Positions 52,561-64,000 of a stretch of 64,000 nucleotides of DNA are shown piece after piece (the first letter of the stretch is position 1; every line of letters begins with the position of its first letter). Under the pieces are notes generated by a model that was not told the origin of the DNA, did not search any database, and saw nothing but the letters and a program-made list of their open reading frames with translations. The stretch is from the human T2T-CHM13v2.0 reference genome, Homo sapiens, in the NCBI RefSeq assembly GCF_009914755.1, contig NC_060927.1, one strand, 5' to 3'. Both the position numbers and the translations under genes were made by a program.

Positions 52561-54459
52561 ACCAGGAGCTGATGAAGGTTTGAAGGCCAAAGAGCAGAGC
52601 TGGGAAGCAAGGCCACAGGTGTGGGAGGTGCAGGGCAGGGGCCATAAGGCTCTGTAGGGGCTCATGCAGAATCCAGGGCCCTTCCTTGAGGTCCCCCACT
52701 GCCTCTGGCTGGCCAGGTCTGCCTACCCCTCTCCCTCCTCCCCATAGTGTCCTTAGCCCTGGGCCTCCCACACCCCCAAATCCACACATCTGTCCCCAGA
52801 TCTTGCTGGATTTTCATAAACTTCCACTTGGTCCTGAAAATAAGACTCACGCCTGACCCTGACCAGTCTGTCCACTTCCCACCTCCATGTCTGGCTCATG
52901 GCCCGCGCCTGAGGCTCTAGCCTCCTCCTCTTCCAGGCTCTGTGCGGGAGCTTCTGGTCTCCTTCCACATTACTCAAGGGTTAAGCCCTGTGTGAGTCCT
53001 CGCAGCCCTCCTCCTGGGTGCCCACCCAGCCCCGACACAGGCCTCCAACCCAAAGGCAACACAGTGTGTGCACAGCCTGCCAGCTTCTCAAGACCAGCCT
53101 GACGTGGGCTCCCATTAGCCACCCCTGTGGTCCCTGGTATAGGCAGGTAGGGAGTCGTTTGGGGACCAGGACTAGTGAATGAATGAGATGTAAGGACCAT
53201 TACCAGCTTCTTCAGCATTTCCGGGCCTGCTGGCATCTCCCTGGAGTCCGGGTCTTGGCACCTCCTGTAGTGGGTTCAGGCAGGAAGGGAGCCCGGTGCA
53301 CACAGGAAAATCCACAGGCTCTGCAGGCCTGGGGGCCTCAGTTTAAATCCTGACTCTGCCTCCTGTTGGTTGCCAAGAAAGGCCAGCAATTCCCTTAGGC
53401 CTGAGCCTCAGTTTCCTCATTACAGAACAACTAAAGCAGTGTCTAAGATTTATAGGGAACACCTGTGGCCCACTCTGCATCCACCCGTCTTCTTTTAGAA
53501 ATAGCTTTTCAAGTTTTCTGAAGAACCACTCTCCCCAACTCATATCAACGATTCCTGTTCCCCCCTTCCCACCACCTTCACCTCCACACAGGGAGAGGGT
53601 TCTAGAGAGCAGAGCCAGCAGAGGCACACAGCCAAGGGATGGAGAGACTGTGCAAGGTCATTGAGCACCTGGATCCAGCCAGACCTGAAGTTAACATGAG
53701 CTAGCAAGTTTCCCTTTTTGTTTGAACTGGGTTTTTGTCATTTGCAACAGGACTTCTCTGTGAGAGAGCGTTGTTCTGGGAAGCAAATGATCTGCTGTCA
53801 GCGCCTGGCTTCCCTTTCCTTTGAGCCAAGTTGAGGTGGCAGGTTTGACTCTTCCCAGCCTGGGGAGGGGAGCACTGGCTTACACTGACTCTCCCCTCAG
53901 GGCAGCTTCAGAAGCTATCCCAGGCCCAGCTACAGACTCTGCCATAGGGACCACAGGGCAAGACTCAGGAATGGACTTTGTAACTGGAGAGGAGCAGACA
54001 GACGTGCTAGTGGCAAAGTCTGAGGCACTGATAGGGAGGTGGGGGAAGCGTTTTGGGATTTCTTCAACCAGACCAGTTGGAAGTGAGGCACCCACACACA
54101 CCTCACCTGGTGAGCTCCTATCCATCCTTAGGGTCCCAGCTCCGACTTCCACCCCTCTGTGCCCCCACCCACAGCTACACACCTTTAGGTAGAGGCTGGA
54201 GGCTCCTGTGAGTGAGTCCCTACAGTCTTCACCTGAGGGGCTGGAGGCCAGGCCTGGGGGGCTCCAGTGGATGGGGCTCTACTCCCCAAACTCCAGCACC
54301 CCTGAAGGACCAGGGCATGTTCAACCATTTCTATCCACTTCTTTCTCCCTCATTGTTTTCTGGGGGCTTTGGATTGGGATGAGGGAACGAGCTCCTGACA
54401 GTGCACATGACATTGTGCATTCCTCTCCTTGGGTCTCGGTGTCCACCATGCAGGATGAC

Positions 54460-54690
54460 TGTGCGAATGTGTGTGCATTCATGTGAACTGTGTGTCCAAG
54501 TATGCAAGTGTGTGTGTATGGGTCTGTGTGCACATGTCCATCCTGCGTGTGTATCCATGTGTGTGCACACGTGAGTGCATGGTGTGCCAGCACACATGTG
54601 CAAGCATGTGCATAGGTATGTGTGTGTGTACCTGTCCATTCACATGTGTTCATGTCTGTGCATGTGTACTTGAGTTTGTGCACAAGCAGC
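54460..54690. repeat. TG/CA-rich low-complexity (alternating purine-pyrimidine) tract
   Basis: Degenerate (TG)n/(CATGTG)n over about 230 bp. Confidence 0.8.
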
Positions 54691-55639
54691 CAGCCATGCT
54701 CGGCACCTGCGGATCCTCACGGGCTCTTCCCAGCCTGGATATCATCTCATTTCTCCACTTTCTCAGAGCCAGATCTTTGCCCCTCCCCTGCTGGAGACTG
54801 TGTGTGTGCTGGAGCCATCTGTAACACTGCATTGGAGTGTGAATGTGTGTGTGCTCTCGTGTACCTACACCTCAGTACCTCCACGTGTGTGGTAGGAGGT
54901 CAGGTCTGAGAGAGAAATGCACAGGTGAGGGGTGTGTCCAGCAGGGTGTGCACCTGGAGGCGGGTGCTGCAGGCTCATGCCCTGGCTGAGTGACCCTTAA
55001 GCAGGAGTATTAATACTCATCCCACCAGTTGCTTGGTGATGACATTGGTTGTATCATTCAGGGTCCAACCAGGAAAACAGCACCCTTGCTTTTGAGCAGG
55101 GGGAGTTGAATGCAAGGGATTGGTCACAAAGGAGATGGAGGAACTGAAAACCCAGATGGGATAGTGTGAGAGGTAACTCAGATCAGCAGCCATAGGACCT
55201 CCCGCCACCTGGGGCTGCAGAGACAGAGGGAAGAGGCAAGATCACCCAATGGAAGCTGGCACCGCAGGGGCCCTGCACAGGGAAGCTGGGGCCTCTGAGG
55301 AGACACAGCAGCTGTTGAGAGAGCTACCCGTGGCAGAGGAGGTGGAAATTCCCTGGCTTCGCTCTGCCCTTAGCCGTAGTTAGTGCCTCCCATGGCGGGA
55401 AGCTGGAACCGAGGCAGCTAGGAGCTGCTGCCGGCCACCCCCTGTGGTAAAGGAGTGGGTCTGAGAAAAAGGCCCAGGAAGGCGCATTAGTGGGACCGTG
55501 TGGGCTGTGTTGAGTGTGTGTGTGCCTGCATGTGTGCCTATGCTCGGGTGGGCATGTAAGATGTAGCTGGAATGGCAGGTGTGTGCATGTACCTGTGCAC
55601 CTTTATTCCTTGTGTCGACAGGACAGCCTGCAGAGAATA

Positions 55640-55895
55640 GTGCTGATAATCAAACTGAGCATGTATCAGACCTTTACCATGTGCCAGGTACTGTGCTGAG
55701 CCCTTTATAAATACCTACTTGGTAAAGATTTCACACAACCTTGTGAAGTAGATACTGCTGTTATCCTCATTTTATAAGTGGGGAAACTGTGGCACAGCGT
55801 GTGAGTGATTTGCCGAAGATCATGCAGTCTAAGAGCTAGGGCTGGGCTTGGAGCTGCCTGGCTCCAGAGTCCTGTGCCCAGTAACAAACTGTGCC
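55640..55895 (-). mobile_element. MIR SINE (one of many decayed MIRs in the window)
   Basis: Core 'tatcctcattttataagtggggaaactgtggcacag' and 'ccatgtgccaggtactgtgctgag'. Confidence 0.75.
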
Positions 55896-56389
55896 TGCTG
55901 TTGGAGTCAGGGCCCTGGCTGTGTGCCGGGCGGGGCTCTGACACCCAGAGTCTTACTCCGCTCAGCTCCAGGGACTCAGCTGAGGGGCCAGTCCATTCCC
56001 CTCGCCTCTCCAGATGGGGAAGGTGGCCCCTGGCAGAAATGGCTGAAGTTTGTTCCTTCCCACATCATTACTGGCCTGGGGAAGTCCAGTGACCCCAGGC
56101 GGGGATCTAAGCCAGGCATCACCAGCAAGGTGGCTGTGAGCCCTGGAACAACAGCCCAGGTGAGGTGGGAGAAACTGGTCCTGCCTCAGCCTCTCACTGC
56201 CACCTCACCCTCCCGTGGCACTGCCACCCCCACAGGTGCAGATGTGGCCACGGATGCCTAGAGTCAGGTGGCTAGGAGGGGAGTGGGAGCACCCAGGAAG
56301 GTGCCAAGTGGTCACCGTGGTGCTGCCACAGGAGGTGAATCACTGAGACCTTCTGGGAGGACTCATTGGGTGAAAAGCATCGAAGCCTT

Positions 56390-56765
56390 TCAGAGTGTGC
56401 AAACTCACAAAAACAAGCAAAACAAACCCCACAACATTCCTCTGTTTGCTATTTACAAGAGACATCACCTTAATTATGAGAGCACAAGTTGATTGACAAG
56501 AAAGGAATAGAAAAAGATAGTCCTGCAAACTGTAAGAAAGCTGAAATGGTTGTATTAGTATCAGACTGAGCAGACTGAGACAGGAAGCATTATAGGCAAC
56601 AAAGGGGGGGCATTTTGAATAACAGAAGGGACAGCTCACAGGAAGACTTAGAACCCCGAAATAAAACATGCGTGCACCTAACACAGAGCTTCAAAATACA
56701 GGAAGCCAAACTGGCAGAATGGAAAAAGCAATAGCCCAATCCGGAATCATCACTGGAGATTTGGG
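56390..56765 (+). mobile_element. L1 ORF2 endonuclease-domain fragment (dead)
   Basis: Remnants of the CCLQETHL ('tgctatttacaagagacatcacctt'), KKAGVAILISD, YAPN and IIVGDF motifs, with stops and frameshifts. Confidence 0.8.
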
Positions 56766-57484
56766 AATGTGCACACCGTTTGCATAGCAATTCTAGTTCT
56801 AAGAACGAATCCTAAGGAAGGAAGCATGTGTGCAGGTCCTGTGTCCTGGGCGCTCGTCCTGATGTCTGCTCACTGCCTCCTCCCTTTGTTCACACATAGC
56901 CCTGGAGCGCCCACCCTGGAGCCGGAGCATCCAAGCCTTGAGCCACTCCTGAACATCTAAGTCTGTTTTCTCATGTGTAAAGTGGGGACAGGCATAGGCA
57001 CCGTCCCCTTAGGGAGCTGAACGCTCATGGAGTTGGGAACACAGGCAGGGCAAGTCTGCCCCCCAGGAAGGCCTTGGCTGCTGAGAGCCACTTCACCAAC
57101 AGTACGCCCTGGGGGCCAGGGGCTTCATCCCTTGCCTGGTGATGGGGTGGGGTATAAAGGGTGTCTTCACTGGGAGTGACTTGGAAGCGGATCCCAACTC
57201 AGGAGCTAGCCCAGCCCACCCTCTGCCCACTGCCCCCTCCCTCACCACATGGGTGTGGACCCCGGTACCTCCTGAGAACTGCCCTGCAGGTTTATCTCTG
57301 AGTCAGCTGCTCAAGGGACACAGAGAACTAACATTACGCTCTCCCCATTCTATCCCAGGTGCCCTCCAAGCAGTAATGATACCAGTCCATTTCCTCATGG
57401 GCTTAGGATCTAGCAGGAAAGGTGACATTTGCCATCAATTGTGGTGAGGCCCCCAAGCTCAGGGCCTTAGGGCTTGGCCTAGGT

Positions 57485-57810
57485 CAGTGGTCCCCAGCCT
57501 TTCTGGCACAAGAGGCCAGTTTTGTAGAAGACAAATTTTGCATGGATGGGGTCGAGGCAGTGGGGAATGGTTTCAGAATGAAACCGTTTTCCCTCAGGTC
57601 ACTGGGCATGAGCTAGATTCTCATAAGGAGTATGCAACCTAGATCCCTCGCATGTGCAGTTTACAATAGGGTTTGCACTCCTATGAGAATCTGATGCTGC
57701 CTCTGATCTGACAGGAGGCGGAGCTCAGGGAATGCTCGCCGCCCACCGCCCCCGTTCCTAACAGATCAGGGACTGGTACTGGTCCACAGCCCGGGAGTTG
57801 AGAACCCCTG
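57485..57810 (+). mobile_element. MER1B-like hAT-Charlie element with an 8-bp TSD
   Basis: Termini CAGTGGTCCCC...AACCCCTG and body 'tagattctcataaggagtatgcaacctagatccctcgcatg'. Flanks GCCTAGGT / GCCCAGGT match 7/8. Confidence 0.9.
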
Positions 57811-57899
57811 GCCCAGGTGATGCGAAGTTAGAGGGCTGAGCTGGTGCTAGCCAGGTGAAGGAGCTGCTTTGTTCATGCTTTTTTCAGGGGGTGGGGGTT

Positions 57900-58050
57900 C
57901 TTTTGTTGTTTAGAGACAGTATCTCACTCTGTCATCCAGGCTGGAGTGCAGTGGCTCGATCCTAGCTCTCTGCAGCCTTGACCCCATGGGCTTAAGCGAT
58001 CCTCTTGTCTCATCCTTCCAAGTAGCTGGGACTACAAGTGTGTGCCACTA
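57900..58050 (-). mobile_element. Alu monomer (FLAM/FRAM or AluJ fragment)
   Basis: 'gagacagtatctcactctgtcatccaggctggagtgcagtgg...agtagctgggactaca'. Confidence 0.85.
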
Positions 58051-59739
58051 GTGTTTATAATAGTGTCAAAATATTGGAAACAACCTAAATGCCCAACAAT
58101 AGGGGATGAAATAAAATGTGGTACCTCCATAAGACAGCTCTAAAGCCTCTAAGAATAGGGATACTGAGTGTATTCACGTGGCACTTTCTCCACTCCATTT
58201 AAAGAAGTAGCATGCACTGTACAAACCCATTCTTTAAATGAAAAAAATCTTACCTATGCATATGTAAAAATATATAGATGCCCAGAGAAAAAGGTCAACA
58301 GCATTAGACATTAAAATGTTATCGCGCTTTTCTCTGGGGATAGGATTATGGATGTTTTGGTTTTTGTTTTATAATTGACTGTATTTTCTGTTTTTCTAAG
58401 TTAATCTGAATTTTGTTTATTACCCCCAGGCTAGAAGCCTCCTGAATGTAGATGTTGGACATGGTCTTCCACAGTCTGGGCCTGTCGGGTCGTGGCCAGG
58501 CCGGGGTCCGCTCTTCCGACACATCTGGGGTCTTCAGTGGGTGCTACCTGGGCCCAGCTGTTCAGCCCCCAGGCCAAGCCTGGATCTCCTTGAGTATTTT
58601 GCTTTCCCTGCCTGCCAAGCAGAGAGAGGCAAGGGCATAAACCCTGCGGAGGAGGAGAAGGGGGAGGAGGGACAAGGCAGGAGGCGACTGTGTGCCAGAG
58701 GGAGGCCCATAAAGCCATGGGAGTGGCAGCCGCAAGAGGGGTCTCCGTTGTTTATTCACCCTTTGTGTTTCATCTACTGAAGATGGAGCATGAGCAACAC
58801 GAGGGAAAAGCCCTGTCCTCTGAGCTTAGAGATCAGTGGGGGAGACAGACTAGATCAAAAACAGGTTCTATAGGGTGGTACACAATGCAGAAAAAGCAGA
58901 GGGGATGGGACAGCCCGAAGCAGGCTGGGACAGGGGCTGCGGTTCCCTGCACGCCTCCTCTCCCAGGAGAGACACCCACACACAGGCGAGCCACCTCATT
59001 GCCCTGGCCCTGGGACCAGCACCGCCCAAACCGGGTTCTCTATAAGGAAAAACACTTCCCCCTCATATGTGATAACCTGCCTCATTAAATTTAATGGGCT
59101 GGTTATTCCCGTTAAATAAACATCAACTAATTATGAAAAACATATTTGCCGAAGTTTGACTATGAAATGGACGAGCCAATTACATGGTTATTCAGCCTCA
59201 AAACACACTCAGTAATGAAGTGGGGTGCAGACTAGCAGTGGGTGGGATGGGGGAGTGCCTGGAAGGCAGAGATCCCCTCTACCCTTTCCCATGCTGCAGA
59301 GCTTGGGGGGCCTCCAAATGTCAGCTTGCTGGACAGAGGCTCGGTGTCGGTCACCCCCTCCCGCACACGTGACAGAACCCTCGCTGAAACTGACTACCGC
59401 AAAGAATGTGTGGGCTTCAAAAGTCCAGGAGTGAGCTTCAGGCCAGCTGCATCTAGAGGCTTAACCACAGTTACTGGGACCTGGGCTTTCTCCTTCCAGC
59501 CCAGCTCTTTCTGTCCCCATTGTTTTGTTCCCAGCTTTCCATGGGTCCAAGCTCTGGTGTAGCTTAGCAAGGTCCTCTGCTGAGGGGCTCACCAGGCCAA
59601 GATGAAGTGAGGCACCCCGTGTGTCTCCGTGAGAGTCTCCAGCAATGCTCACCTTACAAGGTGAATTTCTCTTTCCCTGAACTTCCAGCTCAGGGTTAAA
59701 GGTCAGATAAAAAAAAAAAAAAAACCCTAGCACTAACAA

Positions 59740-60960
59740 AGTAATATTAGAAAATCCTCCAGGGAGACCAGTAAGCATAAGAAAAAAACTATTCCACATC
59801 ATCACGACTAACCAGGGAGATGCAAACTGAAACCACCAGGAAGTGCTTCTACATCCAAGCAATGGCTGAGGTGAAAGGACAGGCAATACCCAGCGTCAGT
59901 GAGAAGGAGCAACCCCCGGGGGCTCACTGCTGCTGTGAGGAGTATGAAAGGATGACAGTTGCTTCGGAAAATGGCTTGCCAGTTCCTTACAAAGTTAAAC
60001 ATTCGCCTACACTGCGATGCAGCAATCTTACTCCTGAGTTAATACCCAAGAGAATGAATATGTATGTCCTCTAAATAGTACGCACAAGAATGTTCATAGA
60101 GCCTTACTCATCACAGCCACAAGGTTAAAATAACCCAAGTGCCCATGGAAAGTAGAATGGTTAAGTTGTAGTTTATTCACACGATGAAATACTACAGCAT
60201 CACGAAAAAGAACACACTCGAGCTCCCTGTAGCAACATGGATGGATCTCTCAGACACCTCGCGGTGAGAGACAGAGGCAGATACAGAAAAATTCACGGTT
60301 GTATTAGCTTTCTGCTGCCTCCTAACTAATGACCACAAACAGTCACTTGCAGCAATATATGTCTGTCCCCTGCTTTCCGTGGGTCAGAGCTCTGGTGTGG
60401 TGCAGCGAGGTCCAAGACTGCCCTCCAGATGTGGCTAGCCTGGGTTCCTCTCTGCAGCTCAGGCTCCTCATTCAAGCTCACCTGGATATTGGCAGAATTC
60501 ATTATCTTGCTGGAGGACCGATGGGCTGTCTTTTTGCTATCAGCTCAGCTAGAGGCCACCAGTCGTCCCCTGCCTGGAGACTTGCTCACAGACTCTCCAT
60601 TGCCAGCAAAGAGATCCCTTGTATGTGTAACATAATCATGAGAGGGACATGCCTTCACATTTGCCCAATCTATTGCTTGGAAGCAAGTCACACACTTAAG
60701 GTGGGGGGGATTATAGAGATCTGACTCATGGGAGACCTGGAGTATGTCTGCCATGGTACTGGATGGGTCTGTTTATATGAAGTTCAAAGATAGGCAAAAC
60801 TAACCTATGGTGAAGGAGTCTGGATAGGGGTTCTCTCGGGGGCGAGGGGTGGGGTCAGAAGGAACCTTTGTTTTGTGGAGATTACACATGTATTTGTGTA
60901 GAAGTGTAAAGATGCATTCATTGAGCTGTGTGCCTAAGGATTGGGGACTGCATTGTATGT
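59740..60960 (+). mobile_element. L1M 3' region interrupted by an antisense MLT1 LTR (about 60300-60755)
   Basis: L1 motifs 'cagggagatgcaaactgaaacca', 'aagaatgttcatagagcctta', 'gaaatactacagc' and 'aggcaaaactaacctatggtga'. The insert begins 'tgtattagctttctgctgcc'. Confidence 0.75.
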
Positions 60961-61729
60961 GAAGGAAATAAGAAGGAGAGAGGGAGAAGGGAAAGGAAAA
61001 AGGAAGGAAAGAAGGGAGGAGAGAGAGATCTATCTAAAAGCAGCTCTTAGTTTGTATGTTTTTTTGCAGAGAGGCAGGATGTCCCTCTGTATCTGCACGT
61101 TGGACACAGTGTATACGTCTCTTCATGGACACAGGAGACACCCATATCAGTTTTTGCTCTGGTGAGCTGGGGGCAGGTGCTGGAGGGAGGCCGACTTCAT
61201 TGTATCCTTTTATGCATTTCTTGGATTTTTTTTTTTACAACGAGCATATATTTTAATAATTAAAACATCTTAAAAAAAAAAAAAAGGCCAGACAACTCAA
61301 AGGGTAAAGTGTACTTGGGGCGGCGGTGGCTGTGATATCAGAGCAATTGTCCCCACACCATCCCCACCTTATAGTGTGAAGTTGAGAGGTGAGTGCAGCT
61401 GTAAGTTGGGGAGACTGCTAGCATCTGTTCCAGGTTGGGGAAAGTCTCTTGTATTTTCCTCCTAGTGGCTGCAGCAAAGGGTCAGGTAGGGACACCACAC
61501 CTGGGAATGCACACAGAGGAAGGTGAAACCAAGAAATAGATGCCTGGTGACATTATGGGAGTCCCCGGATTCAGCCCTGCCTGAAGCCAGACAGGGAAGC
61601 ACATTGATGAATGTCCCTTGGGATGAAGCAAAGCCGGGTTTCAGCCAGCTTCCTCCGGTGCTGTCCTGCCCATGGTTTATGTCCGGTGTCTACTCTGACT
61701 GGCTGTTAAACATATACATATTTTTCAGT

Positions 61730-61850
61730 TTTTAAAGATGGAGTCACACTGTGTTGTCCAGGCTGGAGTCAACCTCCTGAATTCAAGTGATCCTCCCCCC
61801 TCAGCCTCCCAAGTAGCTGGGACTGCAGTCGCATGCCACTGCACCTAGCT
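61730..61850 (-). mobile_element. Alu monomer (FLAM-like)
   Basis: 'tgttgtccaggctggagtcaacctcctgaattcaagtgatcctcccccctcagcctcccaagtagctggga'. Confidence 0.8.
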
Positions 61851-63104
61851 TTGGCTGTTAAATGTTTAAATGTTTAAATATTTTAAACATTTTGGTGTTT
61901 ATTCCTTGAGCCCAAAAAGCTCTGCCATCTGGATGGGGTCTCCAGGCCATGGGGCTTGGAGCTAGGTGCTGTGTGTTCAGGTCCAGCTCCTCCCTTCGCT
62001 GCCCTGCTGCCCCCTCCTCAGTGGGCCTGCGTCCCTGGGGCTGGTACCTGGCACACCACGTGCCCAGGAAGGGTGGGCAACTCGGTTGGCCTGGGCTTCT
62101 GAGGGCACAGGAGAGCTGGGCTGGTTCTGCCTGCGCATTTTCTGTGGAATGCAGACCATGCTGGCAACACCAGGGCCTCGGGACACCTCTGCTTCTGACG
62201 CAGGCCCAGGACAAGGGGTGATGCCCTGTGGTGAGCTGCAGCTGCTCCCAACCCAGGCCGGGTGGGCGGGTGCTTCAAGGCAGGCTTCCCAGAAGAGGAG
62301 GAGCCTGTGCGGGGGCTGGAGGAAGGTCAGCAGGGTGACCTCAGGGGAAATAAGTTGTTCCCTCTGTCTCCAGAACAGAGGAGCAGAACAAGCATCATGT
62401 GCAAAGCTCGTGGTGAACCGGGGAAAGCACAAAGCACCCCCGTGACGGAGGGTGGGGGTAGGGTAGGAAGAGAGGCTGGCAGGGGGAGGGCGACTCTCTG
62501 CTTCCTCCGGGGGCCTCTGTGGCTCCGTCTGTGGCTGTCCAGAGCAGTTGCCAAGTATGCCCCTGGGGCCTGTCACTTCTTCATGCCTTGGTTTCCTCAT
62601 CCATGTAAAGGGGGCAGTCGTGGCCCCTCCCCACCCACCCGGTGGTCAAGATGCCTTGGGGAACCTGGCATAGGGCCGGCCCTTCAAATTTCTTTGCTCT
62701 GGTCCTCACAGAGACCCCAGGGCCACGTGATTTGTGGTGTGGTCCCGAAAAGGCACTGAGGGATGGTGTCGGGAGGGGACCCCATGTTGCTGCCTTCAAA
62801 CCCTGTGCTCCTTCAGATGAGCCCCCAGCTGCCATGGTGGCATTCCCCGCTGGGCCAGGGTTGCTCCATAGGGCTGAGGCAGAGTATGGCATGGCGGTTA
62901 GAAGAGATCCCCAAACTCCCACCCTCCCTTTCCAGCTCCACTCCCACCCATGCACCAACCCATCAATAGTGCAGGCTGCTGCAAAGAGGCATGCATGGGG
63001 CTGGGGGTGGGTAGGGGGCTCCCAGCAGGCTCTCCATGGCTGGGGCTGGAATCCAAGGCTAGCAGCTCAGGCCCCTGGAGGCAGCCTGCTGCTGGTCAGG
63101 TGGC

Positions 63105-63657
63105 AGATTGTGTTTTCCAAAGACTGCCTCCCCTGCACATCCGTCCTGCAGGGCTTTGCAATGCACAGTGGGCCTGTCACCCCTGCCAGAAGAGGGGGCT
63201 GTGCTCTGTTCCCTGGAGAGCCATGGGGCTTGTCACCAATCTGCCTGATGCAGCGTAGCCCAGCGGTGGTGCCCTCCAGGCTTCTGAGCCCCAAACCCCC
63301 GCTTCTCCTCCTCTGTACTTCCTCTCCCTGCCCCCCTGGATGGGAGCTGTGCATGGACACATAAGAAGGTCGGCTGCCCTGAAGCCACCATGCTGGAGAG
63401 GCTGTGGAAAGGCCCCACAGAGCTAGACAGAGCTGCCAAAGAGCCCCGCCCCAGGGGAGTCTTGCCAGACAGGTGGGTGAGGAGCTGCAGCCTGTGCAAG
63501 TCCCAGCTGAGGCCTCGGACACTGGGACAGAGACCAGCCTTTCCCACTGTCCTCTCTGAATTCCCTGCAGAGACCATAAGAGAGAAGAGCAGCTACTGGC
63601 TGAAGCCACTACATTTTAGGGCGACTTGTGATGCTGCAGCAACTGATAGCAACTGCA
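63105..63657 (+). mobile_element. Old MaLR LTR (MLT1H-like)
   Basis: 'ctgccctgaagccaccatgctggagagg' and a 3' end 'aagccactacattttaggg...cagcaactgatagc'. Confidence 0.6.
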
Positions 63658-64000
63658 CCCCCACAGCCCCTGATGGATGCTCTGCCTGGCACCAGGCTCT
63701 GTGCCCCTGAGAAGATGGGCTCCCTGGCTTGCAGAGCTGCTATTTGTGGGGCCGGAATAATAAACAGCTGAATGGACCAGAGACTATCAGTTGGTTAAAT
63801 GGGACTGGGATGCATTTTCCATCAGGGAATCAATCGGGGCTCCTCTGAAGAGGTGATATGAGCTCTGAGGCCTGGAGAAGGAAGAGATGGCTCTGGGAGC
63901 TGGGACCAGGCAGCCCAGCCCAGGATTGCTGTGATGGCCTCTGCTGGGTATGGCCCCCAGAGGCCTGCTGGCCTGTGAGCTCTATGGGGGTGCACAGGGC

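Noticed and set aside
59500-60420. Similar segments 'gctttccRtgggtc...gctctggtgt' at about 59.5 kb and 60.4 kb
   Set aside because: Best explained as two independent old MLT1 LTR fragments rather than a local duplication.
61966-63609. Cluster of 160-240 aa ORFs
   Set aside because: GC-rich, stop-poor sequence partly within an MLT1 LTR. The ORFs overlap in several frames, have no recognisable domain and do not resemble plexin.

Overview
Primate (almost certainly human) genomic DNA, not microbial. The window holds the 3' end of CHCHD6 (MIC25, a subunit of the mitochondrial MICOS complex) on the + strand. A 71-nt coding exon (4916-4986) is followed by a 42.6-kb intron, the 136-nt exon encoding the twin CX9C CHCH domain (47598-47733), a 2.6-kb intron and the terminal exon (50378 to about 50585, AATAAA at 50556). 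The last 13 kb is intergenic, on the side facing PLXNA1 in the human genome (from memory; no PLXNA1 exon is visible). Most of the rest is decayed transposons (Alu, L1, L2, L3/CR1, MIR, MaLR LTRs, hAT MERs). Apart from the exon-7 ORF, essentially all of the ORF track is spurious. I see no new multi-gene system. The most notable unexplained structures are: a poly(A) signal, splice donor and in-frame stop overlapping at the end of exon 6; a layered 2.2-kb 34/37-bp tandem array with a young CpG-rich core; a G-rich GGGAGACTC minisatellite; a recent 86-bp dispersed duplication; a candidate poison exon; and several homeodomain-motif islands. Repeat subfamily names and boundaries are by eye and approximate.
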